Below, in pieces: positions 1 through 8,728 of a DNA stretch of 33,180 nucleotides; the first letter of the stretch is position 1; every line of letters starts with the position of its first letter. The stretch is taken from NCBI GenBank assembly GCA_963602475.1, contig CAVCJC010000001.1:1-33180 (forward strand). Reading direction: 5' to 3'. The position numbers and the translations under genes were made by a program. Origin of the DNA: Lachnospira hominis (ex Liu et al. 2021) (GTDB lineage: Bacteria > Verrucomicrobiota > Kiritimatiellia > RFP12 > UBA1067). The notes beneath the pieces were generated by a model, which was not told the DNA's origin, ran no database searches, and saw only the letters and a program-made list of their open reading frames with translations.

Positions 1-27
1 TGGAGGGGCGCATTCGCGCCCAATAAA

Positions 28-55
28 CGGGGCGGAAGGGACTCCGCCCCCTACC
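28..55. repeat. GC-rich palindromic element, copy A (CGGGGCGGAAGGGACTCCGCCCCCTACC)
   Basis: Perfect 8-bp stem GGGGCGGA/TCCGCCCC with a 6-nt loop. The identical 28-mer recurs at 26072-26099 and, reverse-complemented, at 28179-28206 and 28218-28245. On the minus strand it is followed by GTTTATT and a second hairpin (GGGCGC-GAAT-GCGCCC, 6-21), so it could also terminate the operon ending in yggU. Confidence 0.85.
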
Positions 56-57
56 CT

Positions 58-80
58 TCTACAATTCTACAACTCTACAC
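58..80. repeat. Short tandem repeat, 8 nt x about 3 (TTCTACAA TTCTACAA CTCTACA)
   Basis: Read directly from the sequence, immediately 3' of palindromic element copy A. Confidence 0.8.
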
Positions 81-133
81 GGCTAAATCAAAATTCGTGT
101 AAATCCATGGCTAAAAACTACCCGCCCCAATCT

Positions 134-160
134 TGTAAACCCTGTTAATCCTGTCTAAAA
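134..160. repeat. Short tandem repeat, 9 nt x 3 (TGTAAACCC TGTTAATCC TGTCTAAAA)
   Basis: Read directly. A related TGTAAATCC lies at 98-106, and AATCCTGTAAAC occurs reverse-complemented at 33124-33135. Confidence 0.6.
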
Positions 161-172
161 TTGCTCCTGGCC

Positions 173-463
173 TTACTTGGCGAGGAGGGGGCGGGTTTGG
201 GCGGCGGTGAGGCCTTTGAGGAGGATGCGCTTAGTCTTAGATGTTTCGCCACTTACAAAGACGACGGAACTCTTGGGCAAGTCGAAAGCGTCCGCGAGAG
301 TCTCTATCAGCTCTTTATTCGCCTTGCCATCCACGGGGGCGGAACGAATGCGCACTTTGACGGCTCCGTCAAGAATGCCGTCCAGTCCTGCACGCGAAGA
401 GCGCGGCTTTGCTTTGACGCTAAGTATGACGCCCTCGCTTGTCTCTGTAAGATAATCAGGCAT
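173..463 (-). CDS. yggU: DUF167 (YggU-family) protein
   Basis: 96 aa with ATG start. Typical YggU pattern (VKAKPRSSR...VKVRIRSAPVDGKANKELIETLA...KSSV.FVSGETSKTKRI). Overlaps the upstream gene by 8 nt. Confidence 0.8.
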   Translation of the reverse strand: MPDYLTETSEGVILSVKAKPRSSRAGLDGILDGAVKVRIRSAPVDGKANKELIETLADAFDLPKSSVVFVSGETSKTKRILLKGLTAAQTRPLLAK

Positions 464-1181
464 TTTGCTGAACGAGCACGAGCTCTTCCTCAGTTAAATC
501 TCTCCATTCGCCTGGCATCATCTCGCGGGGAAGGCTGAGACCGCCAATCGAGATGCGCTTAAGCGAGAGCACCACCAAATGTGCCGCGCTACACATATAG
601 CGAATCTGCCGTTTGCGTCCCTCGTGAAGACGGAATCGCAGGGTGGTCACATTGTTCTCGGCGGTATGGATAACTTCCACGGGCACTGGGCGCGTCACAT
701 AGCCGTCTGGCATTTTGACGGGTCCGCGCAAAATACGCAACTTATCTTCCGTCCAATGTCCCGCCGCACGGACGATGTAAGTCTTCTCGTGGTCATAGCG
801 CGGATGTGTCAAATGCAAGGTGAGATCTCCATCATTCGAGAGAAGGAGAAGCCCTTCACTTTCCTTATCAAGGCGTCCGACAGGGACGAGCCGCTCGGGC
901 ACAGAATCCCGAATAAGGTCGAGGACGGTTTTGCCGCCAAAAGGGTCCGTCACGGACGACAATACGCCGACGGGCTTATAGAGCATAATCGTGCGCTTCT
1001 TTTCCGCCGCCGCCACAAGGCGTCCCTCAACCGCGATTTTTGCCGCGCTCGGGTCGACGCGGTAGCCAGGTTCGCGCACAACAATGCCGTCCACCGTCAC
1101 GACTCCTGAGGCAATGAGCGTCGCCGCGCCGCGCCGTGAGGCGATACCCGCGTGAGCGAGGACATTCTGAAGGCGTTCCAT
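456..1181 (-). CDS. rRNA pseudouridine synthase, RsuA/RluB/RluF family (S4 domain plus PseudoU_synth_2)
   Basis: 241 aa. N-terminal S4 motif (RLQNVLAHAGIASRRGAATLI..G.V.VDG) and catalytic-Asp motif VGRLDKESEGLLLLSNDG. The start overlaps the thiD stop (TAATG). Confidence 0.85.
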   Translation of the reverse strand: MERLQNVLAHAGIASRRGAATLIASGVVTVDGIVVREPGYRVDPSAAKIAVEGRLVAAAEKKRTIMLYKPVGVLSSVTDPFGGKTVLDLIRDSVPERLVPVGRLDKESEGLLLLSNDGDLTLHLTHPRYDHEKTYIVRAAGHWTEDKLRILRGPVKMPDGYVTRPVPVEVIHTAENNVTTLRFRLHEGRKRQIRYMCSAAHLVVLSLKRISIGGLSLPREMMPGEWRDLTEEELVLVQQNA

Positions 1182-2005
1182 TAGCGTTCCTCCCGCTTAT
1201 CTACAAAACCAAGTACGCCGCAATCTTTGCCCACATAATAGGCGCTCTCAATCGCCTTATGGACATAATCCTTCGCGCCTTCTACGGCTCGTGCGAGAGA
1301 ATGTCCGAGGGCAAGTTCTGCCGCGAGGGCTGCCGCGAGGGAACAGCCAGTTCCGTGCGTCGAGATGGGCGCGGCAATTCGCGGCGCCGCGAAAGAATGA
1401 ACCTCCTTGCCATCAAAAAGGATGTCTATCGCGGCATTTTCGGTGCTGTGACCGCCCTTCACCAGAACTGCCGCGCCATAGAGGTCATAAAGCCGACGCG
1501 CAAGCTCTTCTAAATAAGTCTCGGTGCCTACACCTGAGGGAGCTCGCCCTGCTAGAGTTTCCGCTTCGGGCAAATTGGGGGTAATGAGGGTCGCCTGCGG
1601 CAAAAGCCACTTCTTGAGCACTTCCACGGCACGCGGTTCGATGAGCCGCGCCCCACTCGTCGCAATCATCACGGGGTCAATGACCTTCGCAATCTGAGGG
1701 ACCGCCTTCAGGCGCGTGGCAATAACCTCAATCGCGGCAGGATCGGCGAGCATTCCCGTCTTAAGCGCCGCAATTTGATAGGCACCCAAAACCGCGTCTA
1801 GTTGCGCCGCCACAAAGTCCGCTGGAATCGGCAAAACGCCACTGACGGCAAACGGAGTCTGCGCGGTCAGCGCGGCAAATACGGTGCAACCGTGTAGTCG
1901 ATAGGCGTGAAACGCACGCAAATCGGCTTGGACACCCGCGTTGCCACCCGAGTCCGAGCCCGCAATTGTGAGGCAACAGGGACGAATCGCCGCATCTACG
2001 CTCAT
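1181..2005 (-). CDS. thiD: Hydroxymethylpyrimidine/phosphomethylpyrimidine kinase
   Basis: 274 aa. ThiD hallmarks LTIAGSDSGGNAGVQADL, DPVMIATSGARL, LITPNLPEAE, VLVKGGH and STHGTGCSLAAA. Confidence 0.9.
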   Translation of the reverse strand: MSVDAAIRPCCLTIAGSDSGGNAGVQADLRAFHAYRLHGCTVFAALTAQTPFAVSGVLPIPADFVAAQLDAVLGAYQIAALKTGMLADPAAIEVIATRLKAVPQIAKVIDPVMIATSGARLIEPRAVEVLKKWLLPQATLITPNLPEAETLAGRAPSGVGTETYLEELARRLYDLYGAAVLVKGGHSTENAAIDILFDGKEVHSFAAPRIAAPISTHGTGCSLAAALAAELALGHSLARAVEGAKDYVHKAIESAYYVGKDCGVLGFVDKREER

Positions 2006-2676
2006 AAATCCTCCGACTTCAGGGTCGTAAGCTCGGGTTCATCAAGAACAGCAAGCAAGTTCTCGACGGACATCTTACCGCCCTTCTTACGAAGAACAAG
2101 AATACGCGCGATAAGGACGCTCTCAAGGTCCGTCAAGACGGCGCCATCCTTGCGGTCTTGGAGAATACGCAAAAGGTCGCTCGTGGTCACACTGACCTTA
2201 GACTCCGCGCGTGGCACAAAGAGGCTGATGATGGCTGTCGCGAGCGTGGAAAGCGGCTTCAAAATTGCCGAAACAACCTCATAGAACGGAATCAGAAAAA
2301 GGACGCGGCGCAACGGACGGCTCGTGCAGAGAAGTTTCGGCAGAAACTCACCGAGATAAAGAAGCACAATGGCTGCGGCGCACGCCCAAACCGTGCGACC
2401 TACCGAGGAATCAGCCAGTACCCGCGCGGCGAGTGCCGCAGAAGTCGAGGAATAGAGGGTATTCGCAATATTATTGCCGACGAGAATCGTCGTTATCGTA
2501 TCTTGCAAATTGCTAATCGCCTTCAAGACGGACTTCGCCTTCGCCGAGCCCTCACGCGAGAGGTGCACAACGCGTCCCCGCGAAACCGTGACGAACGCCG
2601 CTTCTGACGCGGAAAAGAAGCTTGAGAGGACAAGCGCAATAAGCGTCGTCAAAACGAGAAGAAAAGTGATAATCAT
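2002..2676 (-). CDS. CNNM/DUF21 transmembrane-domain protein without CBS or CorC_HlyC domains
   Basis: 224 aa. Opens with a DUF21-type pattern (LSSFFSASEAAF...LVGNNIAN...GEFLPK) but ends shortly after the membrane domain. ATGA overlaps on both sides (2673-2676 and 2002-2005). Confidence 0.7.
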   Translation of the reverse strand: MIITFLLVLTTLIALVLSSFFSASEAAFVTVSRGRVVHLSREGSAKAKSVLKAISNLQDTITTILVGNNIANTLYSSTSAALAARVLADSSVGRTVWACAAAIVLLYLGEFLPKLLCTSRPLRRVLFLIPFYEVVSAILKPLSTLATAIISLFVPRAESKVSVTTSDLLRILQDRKDGAVLTDLESVLIARILVLRKKGGKMSVENLLAVLDEPELTTLKSEDL

Positions 2677-3938
2677 TCCATATCCTCCCGCGTCTTCTCG
2701 ACTGCTTCATCCGTCTCGGCGATAAGTTCAGCGTCCGTATCTGGCTTCGGGAACTCCAAAACTTCAAGTTTTACCGTCTCGACACGATGTTTGCGGCGTT
2801 TAAGGATGGTTAGCCGCACGCCTTGTTCCTCGATGATCTGTCCAACATGAGGAATGCGCTCAACTTGTGCCGCGACCCAGCCCGCCAGGCGGTCCGCATC
2901 CTCGGCGGCGAGCTCCAGCCCGACCGTACGATTAATCTCGTCGAGGCTAGCATCCGCATCTATGGTCCAAACGCGCGGGGATTCGCGGCGGATAAGCGGT
3001 TCGGAATCGCGGTGCCCCAACGCGTCGGGTCCGACGATAAGTTCCATAATGTCCGTAAGCGTAATAATGCCCGCCGTGCCGCCAAATTCGTCCGTCACCA
3101 CAGCGAGGGGTAGGCGGCTTTTGCGGAATGTAATGAGCAGGTCGTCGAGTGTCACCTGTTCGGGCACGAAGAGCGCCTCGAGTCGCTTGCCTGTACGCGT
3201 ATCGATTACGCCCTCAATGGCGTCGGGGGTGCGGTTATAGATGGGCAGGTAGTGATGGCGGGCGGATTTAACTGTCTCGGCACGATAATCGGTGGGGCGG
3301 TCAGAGTCATAGCCCTCAATATCGACCCGCGGGGTCATCTCATCGTTGGCGTGGAGTTCCGAGAGGCGCAAGACCCCTTCTATCATCTTTTCATCCTCAA
3401 GCGCGAACTCACCACTTTCCGCCGCTGATTCGAGGACGCTCACGAGTTCCGCGTCCGAGAGGGCGCGGCGTTCCCGCGTCAGTGCCTTCGTATAGGCGCG
3501 GGAGGAGAAACTAAAGAGGGCGGTAAGCGGCTTTAGAACGCCAATTAAGAAGAGCATAACGCGTGCGCAGAAAGGTGCGACGCGCTCATCATACTTGAGG
3601 GCGAGGCGCTTGGGGGTAATTTCGCCAAACGCGAGAAGCGCGATGGTCATAACCGGCACGGCGAGCGCTCCGCCCCAATTGGGAATGCACGCCGAAAGGA
3701 CAAGATAACCGATTGTCGCCGCCGCGAAGTTGACGAAAGTATTGCCCACGAGGAGCGTGGAAAGGAGCGTCGCGGAGTCCGCCAAGCACGCCTCAATACG
3801 CGCGGCATCCGCCTCACTGCGGGCACGAATGCGGGCGCGCTGGGCACCTGTTAGGGAAAAGAGCGCGATTTCTGAGCCTGAGAACAGCGCGGAAAGCGCG
3901 AGGAGCGTAATGAGGGCGATAATCTGAAGGAATAGCAT
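2673..3938 (-). CDS. Hemolysin-family / CNNM (CorC/TlyC-like) Mg/Co efflux-type protein: DUF21, CBS pair and CorC_HlyC
   Basis: 421 aa. DUF21 motifs (LFSGSEIALFSL, LLVGNTFVN, FGEITPK), a CBS-pair region (MTPRVDIEG..., LPLAVVTDEFGGTAGIITLTDIME) and a C-terminal transporter-associated domain. Confidence 0.85.
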   Translation of the reverse strand: MLFLQIIALITLLALSALFSGSEIALFSLTGAQRARIRARSEADAARIEACLADSATLLSTLLVGNTFVNFAAATIGYLVLSACIPNWGGALAVPVMTIALLAFGEITPKRLALKYDERVAPFCARVMLFLIGVLKPLTALFSFSSRAYTKALTRERRALSDAELVSVLESAAESGEFALEDEKMIEGVLRLSELHANDEMTPRVDIEGYDSDRPTDYRAETVKSARHHYLPIYNRTPDAIEGVIDTRTGKRLEALFVPEQVTLDDLLITFRKSRLPLAVVTDEFGGTAGIITLTDIMELIVGPDALGHRDSEPLIRRESPRVWTIDADASLDEINRTVGLELAAEDADRLAGWVAAQVERIPHVGQIIEEQGVRLTILKRRKHRVETVKLEVLEFPKPDTDAELIAETDEAVEKTREDME

Positions 3939-3945
3939 GCCGCTT

Positions 3946-4272
3946 TTAGAAGTGCTTGACGCGCGGCTGCCAACCCTTGGCTTCCTCAGGCGTGAAAAGC
4001 CCGAACGCCATCACAATCAAGCGGTCACCGACCTTACCCTGATGAGCCGCCGCGCCATTGAGACAGCAGACATGGGTGCCGCGCTTGCCTTCAATAGCGT
4101 AGGTCTCAAAGCGGTTGCCATTCTCGACATCGGCACAGAGAATCTTCTCGTAGGGGAGGATGCCGACCGCTTCCATATCATCCGGGTCAAGCGTAAGCGA
4201 GCCTTCATAATCAAGGCACGCCTCGGTTATGTGGATTCGGTGTAATTTCGCCTTTAAGAGTGTAAGTTGCAT
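3946..4272 (-). CDS. panD: Aspartate 1-decarboxylase
   Basis: 108 aa. MQLTLLKAKLHR..ITEA.LDYEGSLTLD contains the self-cleavage Gly-Ser. Also NGNRFETYAI.G.RG...LNGAAA. Confidence 0.9.
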   Translation of the reverse strand: MQLTLLKAKLHRIHITEACLDYEGSLTLDPDDMEAVGILPYEKILCADVENGNRFETYAIEGKRGTHVCCLNGAAAHQGKVGDRLIVMAFGLFTPEEAKGWQPRVKHF

Positions 4273-4275
4273 AAT

Positions 4276-5505
4276 TTAGTCACCCAGCTTTTGCTGAATC
4301 ATCTTGGCGGTAATAGCCACCTTCTTCATCTTGGCATTGCCAGGCGCTTCATACATAATATCCGTCATCAGCTTTTCCATTTCGGCACGCAACCCACGCG
4401 CACCCGTCTTGCGGGTGAGGGCTCTATGGGCGAGTTGGCGGAGGGCTTCCTTCTCAAAAGTAAGTTCCACGCCATCCATTGCCAAAAGTTTCGTATACTG
4501 TTTGACGAGGGAGTTCTTGGGTTCCGTCAAAATGCGCACGAGGTCATCCTCGGTCAATTCCTCGAGAGATGTCACGATGGGCAGGCGCCCGATGAACTCA
4601 GGAATAAGCCCAAACTTGACAAAGTCTTGCGGACGTGCCTCGCGGAGAAGTTCCGTAGTATCGTCCTTCTTCTTGTCGTCTGCCGCGTCCGAATGCTCAA
4701 AGCCAATGACATGGCTCCCCGTACGCGCGGCAATTATCTTATCGAGCCCGACAAACGCGCCGCCGCAAATGAAGAGGATATTGGTGGTATCGACTTCGAT
4801 ATATTCTTGGTCGGGATGTTTGCGTCCGCCTTTCGGGGGAATGCGGCAGACTGTACCTTCCAAAATCTTCAGGAGCGCCTGCTGCACGCCTTCGCCCGAT
4901 ACATCGCGCGTGATGGAGACATTATCCGTCTTAGACGCAATCTTATCAATTTCGTCCACATAAATAATGCCGCGCTTGGCGAGTTCCACATCGCCACCTG
5001 CATTCTGGAGGAGGTAACGGACGAGATTCTCGACATCCTCGCCGACATAACCCGCCTGAGTCAGCACGGTCGCGTCACCAATTGCGAATGGAACGCCCAA
5101 CATTTTCGCGAGGGTTCGCGCAAGAAGCGTCTTGCCTGTGCCCGTCGGACCCAAAAGAAGGATGTTCGACTTCTCGATATCTACATCCGCGAGCGGGTCC
5201 TTGCCCTTGCCCTTCTTCGCGGCACTTTCGAGCCGGCGATAGTGGTTATGGACGGCGACGGAGAGCACCTTCTTCGTTTCGTCGTGCCCGATTACATACT
5301 GGTCGAGAAACTCCTTAATTTCGCGCGGCGAAGGTGTCGGCGGCAGAGGTGCTGGCTCTTTCTTCTTCTTGGGTTCTTTTTCCTCAAGAATCTTATTGAG
5401 GTATTTTACACATTCGACGCAGATGTTACTACCATCTACGCCAGGAATCAAAGGCACTTCGCTTTCAGAGCGTCCGCAATACGAACAATGTCTGTCGTTT
5501 TTCAT
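4276..5505 (-). CDS. clpX: ATP-dependent Clp protease ATP-binding subunit ClpX
   Basis: 409 aa. N-terminal zinc-binding C4 motif (CSYCG...CVEC), Walker [12 protein letters not shown] and [14 protein letters not shown] overlap with clpP. Confidence 0.97.
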   Translation of the reverse strand: MKNDRHCSYCGRSESEVPLIPGVDGSNICVECVKYLNKILEEKEPKKKKEPAPLPPTPSPREIKEFLDQYVIGHDETKKVLSVAVHNHYRRLESAAKKGKGKDPLADVDIEKSNILLLGPTGTGKTLLARTLAKMLGVPFAIGDATVLTQAGYVGEDVENLVRYLLQNAGGDVELAKRGIIYVDEIDKIASKTDNVSITRDVSGEGVQQALLKILEGTVCRIPPKGGRKHPDQEYIEVDTTNILFICGGAFVGLDKIIAARTGSHVIGFEHSDAADDKKKDDTTELLREARPQDFVKFGLIPEFIGRLPIVTSLEELTEDDLVRILTEPKNSLVKQYTKLLAMDGVELTFEKEALRQLAHRALTRKTGARGLRAEMEKLMTDIMYEAPGNAKMKKVAITAKMIQQKLGD

Positions 5506-6089
5506 GCCTTGATTACCTTATCAATCAAGCCCCACTTAAGCGCCTCTTCGGCGGACATAAAGTGGTCGCGGTCGGTATCCTGCACAACATCGGCTTTTTT
5601 CTTGCCCGCGTGCTTAGCGAGGATGTCGTTGAGGATATCCTTCAAGCGCAGAATCTCGCGGGCGGTAATTTCGATATCGCTCGCCTTGCCTTCCGCGCCG
5701 CCCCAAGGCTGGTGAATCATAATGCGTGCATTCGGTAGCGCGTGGCGAAGACCCTTCGTGCCCGCTGTCAGCAGAACCGCGCCCATAGACGCGGCTTGCC
5801 CAATGCAGTAGGTCGCGATGGGGCAACTTACGAACTGCATAGTATCGTAAATCGCGAGTCCCGCCGTGACACTACCGCCTGGCGAATTCACATAGACATT
5901 AATCTGCTTCTTGGGGTCTTGAGACTGCAAGAACAAAAGCTGAGCCACAATGGCGTTAGCCATATCATCATTCACCTCGCCTGAGATGAAGACGATACGA
6001 TCTAGTAACAAGCGAGAATAGATATCATAAGTACGCTCGCCGCGCCCCGTTTGCTCGACGACATAGGGTATCATATAGCCTTTTTCCAT
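5502..6089 (-). CDS. clpP: ATP-dependent Clp protease proteolytic subunit ClpP
   Basis: YDIYSRLL, catalytic GQAASMG and IMIHQP. The track ORF begins at a TTG (6104). An ATG at 6089 lies 8 nt after GGGAG, so I prefer it (195 aa). Confidence 0.95.
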   Translation of the reverse strand: MEKGYMIPYVVEQTGRGERTYDIYSRLLLDRIVFISGEVNDDMANAIVAQLLFLQSQDPKKQINVYVNSPGGSVTAGLAIYDTMQFVSCPIATYCIGQAASMGAVLLTAGTKGLRHALPNARIMIHQPWGGAEGKASDIEITAREILRLKDILNDILAKHAGKKKADVVQDTDRDHFMSAEEALKWGLIDKVIKA

Positions 6090-6119
6090 TGTCCCAACTC
6101 CCAAGAAGCTTTTACTGCC

Positions 6120-7340
6120 TTATTTCTTCGCCTGGTCAAGAACGAACTTCAGTGCCTTACGCGTGCGTGTTTCGCCGTTTTCGTCCTTATCATTCTCGAG
6201 CTTTTCAGCGTCCGCAATCGCCGAAAGCACGTAGTGGAGGCGAACCTGCTTTTCAGCGTATTCCTTCGCTTCCTTCAAAATCGTATCACGATTCTTCTTG
6301 AAGTAGTCCGCGCCCAAACCCGAGTACTGCGCCCGCTCGGCGAGATCGCTCAAGTAGTTCTTCATCGCGTTCTTCACATTGACAATCGGCAAATCGAAGT
6401 CGACCTTCTTAAGAAGCATTTCCGCCGCTTCATTTTCGCGGCGCGTAGCCTCGCGGCTATCTTCCGCCCTCTGCATCTGTTCACGGATGTAGCTCGTCAG
6501 CTTCTCCATAGACTCGGCAGCATCATTAAACTGCGGCTTGAGCTGCTCAAGGAATGTCGCGTCATCGGGGAGCACACGCGAACGAATGGACTTCACCGTG
6601 ACGGTGTAAAGCGCCTTCTTACCCTCAAGGGCCTTAATATCGTAGCCCTTCGCGAACTTAGCCTTGATATCCTTCTTAGTCTCGCCGACCTTCATGCCCT
6701 TGAGCGCCTTGGTAACCTCAGGGACAAAGCGATCGTCGAGGACCTGAGTCCAGAAGCCCTGACCCTCTGAGATAACCTTCGCCTTTTCATCAAACTCCGA
6801 AATTGGCTTGCCGTCGATGGTGCCCGTGAAGTCGATTTGGATGAAGTCGCCTTCCTTTACTTTGGTATCTTCCTTGGCATCCTCGAACTTCGCGCACGCT
6901 TCGCGCAGGTTGTCAATCTGAGCCTGAACATCCTCATCCTTAACCGTGACATCGTTAAAGGCAATCTTGAGACCCTTGTAGGTCGGAACCTTGAATGTCG
7001 GCTTCACTTCAATCGTAAAGACGAGCGTCGCGCCCTTTTCGTCGTGCTTGACATCATCAAGCATATAAACAGCAAGGAACTGATCCTCAAGTTTCGCTTC
7101 CTTAATCGCGTTAGGGATGTTCTTATTCGCGATGCCCTCGGCGATTCTCTTCTCAAGTTCCCCGCCGTAGTTTTTGCGCAAAAGTGCGAGCGGAGCCTTG
7201 CCCGGACGGAAGCCCGGGACGGCCGCCTCACGCACAAAACGCTTCTCGACATCTTTTACGACAGCGTTCGCTTCGTTCGCGTCAAGCGTAACCGTGAGTT
7301 GCACCTGACACTTATCTAAATTCTTCGTTTCAGTCTTCAT
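6120..7340 (-). CDS. tig: Trigger factor
   Basis: Conserved tig-clpP-clpX order. N-terminal ribosome-binding motif region (VPGFRPGKAPLALL) and an FKBP-type middle domain. The track start (7349) is TTG; I prefer the ATG at 7340 (MKTETKN), preceded by AGGAG. Confidence 0.9.
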   Translation of the reverse strand: MKTETKNLDKCQVQLTVTLDANEANAVVKDVEKRFVREAAVPGFRPGKAPLALLRKNYGGELEKRIAEGIANKNIPNAIKEAKLEDQFLAVYMLDDVKHDEKGATLVFTIEVKPTFKVPTYKGLKIAFNDVTVKDEDVQAQIDNLREACAKFEDAKEDTKVKEGDFIQIDFTGTIDGKPISEFDEKAKVISEGQGFWTQVLDDRFVPEVTKALKGMKVGETKKDIKAKFAKGYDIKALEGKKALYTVTVKSIRSRVLPDDATFLEQLKPQFNDAAESMEKLTSYIREQMQRAEDSREATRRENEAAEMLLKKVDFDLPIVNVKNAMKNYLSDLAERAQYSGLGADYFKKNRDTILKEAKEYAEKQVRLHYVLSAIADAEKLENDKDENGETRTRKALKFVLDQAKK

Positions 7341-7380
7341 AGCAATCAATTACTCCTCTAGAGGTAGAATGTGAGCCTAT

Positions 7381-7409
7381 ATTTTATCATATTTTCGACG
7401 ATTTGTGGA
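7381..7409 (-). promoter_or_regulatory. Candidate sigma70 promoter for tig (TCCACA-17 nt-TAAAAT with TGn extended -10)
   Basis: On the minus strand TCCACA is at 7404-7409 and TGATAAAAT at 7381-7389. This lies about 40 nt upstream of the tig ATG. Confidence 0.45.
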
Positions 7410-7437
7410 GTGGAATCTTACAAATCGCGTAAATAAA

Positions 7438-7815
7438 TTACTTGACATCTTGCGCATTTAATGCTTTTTTCATAAGAATATCGAGCTCTTTTCGGCGCTT
7501 TTCGTAGGCTAAATCGTCCGTTACACCCGCTTTATGCAAGGCTTCATTGCGCTTGGAGAGGTCTTGATAGAACAGGTACTGGCGCTTCTGCTTCGCCGTC
7601 AGCTCGGGGGCAAGATCCTCGCCAAGGGCGCGGCGCAAACGCTTCTGCTCGCTTTCGGGGAAGGCTCTGAGAGGGACGCGGACGCGCTCCCCATTGGTGC
7701 GTTCCAGCACGGCGACACCATTCGTAAGTGAAACGGGGTGCGCCGTAAGGACATGCCCCGCGTGATTTGTGACGGAAATTATCTCGAGCGCGGCAAATAG
7801 CGCGGCCAGTAGCAT
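7438..7815 (-). CDS. Small hypothetical protein: hydrophobic N-terminus, SHD1-like beta segment, charged helical tail
   Basis: 125 aa. ATG lies 8 nt after AAGGGA and 12 nt after the upstream stop. The segment VLTAHPVSLTNGVAVLERTNGERVRVPLRAFPESEQKRL resembles bacterial SLA1-homology-domain-1 (SHD1) repeats. This is recalled from memory, not searched. Confidence 0.6.
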   Translation of the reverse strand: MLLAALFAALEIISVTNHAGHVLTAHPVSLTNGVAVLERTNGERVRVPLRAFPESEQKRLRRALGEDLAPELTAKQKRQYLFYQDLSKRNEALHKAGVTDDLAYEKRRKELDILMKKALNAQDVK

Positions 7816-7827
7816 CCGAAACGTCCC

Positions 7828-8715
7828 TTATTCGAGCCTCAGGCGATAAAGTGACGCGTCCCCGACCTTGAGAAGGTAAAGAACACGCGTTGTGGGGTCT
7901 TCATTGCCCGTAATGAAGTAGTTATGCTGCGTGCCATTCACAATGGGGGAGGTCTGATGCGGCGTAACGGTAAAGGGGTCGCTCGAATCAGGTGCGCGGC
8001 GAATGGCCGAATAGGCGCGATTGCGTCCCGGCAGGAAGGTAAGCGCCATAACATTCGCGTTCTCAGGAACCGCTTCCCACGAGATGATCTTCAAACCCGC
8101 GTCCTTAGCGTTGAAGGGGTCCGTCCCCGCGAGATATTCATCATAGTTCGAGACACCGTCGCCATCCCAGTCCGCATTCGGGTCGTAAGTCTTATATATC
8201 TCGTCCGTTAGCCCCTCATCTTCGATATATGTCATAATCGCGTCAACATATTCATCGGCGACGCCTTCGACCTTCGTGCACGCGGCAACACGCACATTAA
8301 CGGTAGCGGTGCGCCCCGGACTCCCCACCGCGACAAAGGCATTTGTCTCGGTGTAGAACTCGCCCGTACCCGCGTCAATCTCAAAGGTGAGCTTATCGCC
8401 CTTCTGCGCGACATCCGTCGCGGATGCATCCGAGGACATAGGGATTACGAGCGTATAGTTCGCCGAAGTATCCCCATCAAGCGCGGCAATTGACGAGCGG
8501 GCGATTAACTTGCCATCCTTGCGGGCACGGATTTCCGCCTTCTTAGCGGCGACGCTATCATAAGAAGCCCCCTCATAATTGACAATGCGCCCCGTGTAGA
8601 CGAAAGGCGGAACCGAGACCGTCGGCGCGGCAAATGTAGCAGTTAGTGCCGCGCCGCCCACGAGGAGCGCGGCAGTTAACACGAAAGTTTCAAGCTTAGA
8701 AATAGAGGTATTCAT
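7828..8715 (-). CDS. Exported hypothetical protein with an acidic thrombospondin-type-3-like Ca-binding motif
   Basis: 295 aa from the ATG at 8715, which lies 7 nt after GGGAGG and 13 nt after the giant gene's TAA. The track's 313-aa form would overlap the giant gene. Signal or anchor segment FVLTAALLVGGAALTATFAAP. Motif DWDGDGVSNYDEYLAGTDPFNAKD. Confidence 0.75.
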   Translation of the reverse strand: MNTSISKLETFVLTAALLVGGAALTATFAAPTVSVPPFVYTGRIVNYEGASYDSVAAKKAEIRARKDGKLIARSSIAALDGDTSANYTLVIPMSSDASATDVAQKGDKLTFEIDAGTGEFYTETNAFVAVGSPGRTATVNVRVAACTKVEGVADEYVDAIMTYIEDEGLTDEIYKTYDPNADWDGDGVSNYDEYLAGTDPFNAKDAGLKIISWEAVPENANVMALTFLPGRNRAYSAIRRAPDSSDPFTVTPHQTSPIVNGTQHNYFITGNEDPTTRVLYLLKVGDASLYRLRLE

Positions 8716-8728
8716 TTCGTTTCCTCCC

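Noticed and set aside
4267-5715. 482-aa plus-strand ORF antisense to clpX and clpP
   Set aside because: It is entirely overlapped by two unmistakable housekeeping genes on the other strand. The translation is Arg/Leu-rich and low in complexity with no recognisable motif. This is a typical shadow ORF of GC-biased coding DNA.
6090-6104. TTG start codons proposed by the ORF track for clpP (6104), tig (7349) and the 570-aa gene (20065)
   Set aside because: In each case a downstream ATG has better RBS spacing or better agreement with homologue N-termini. For the 570-aa gene the TTG lies upstream of the predicted transcription start.
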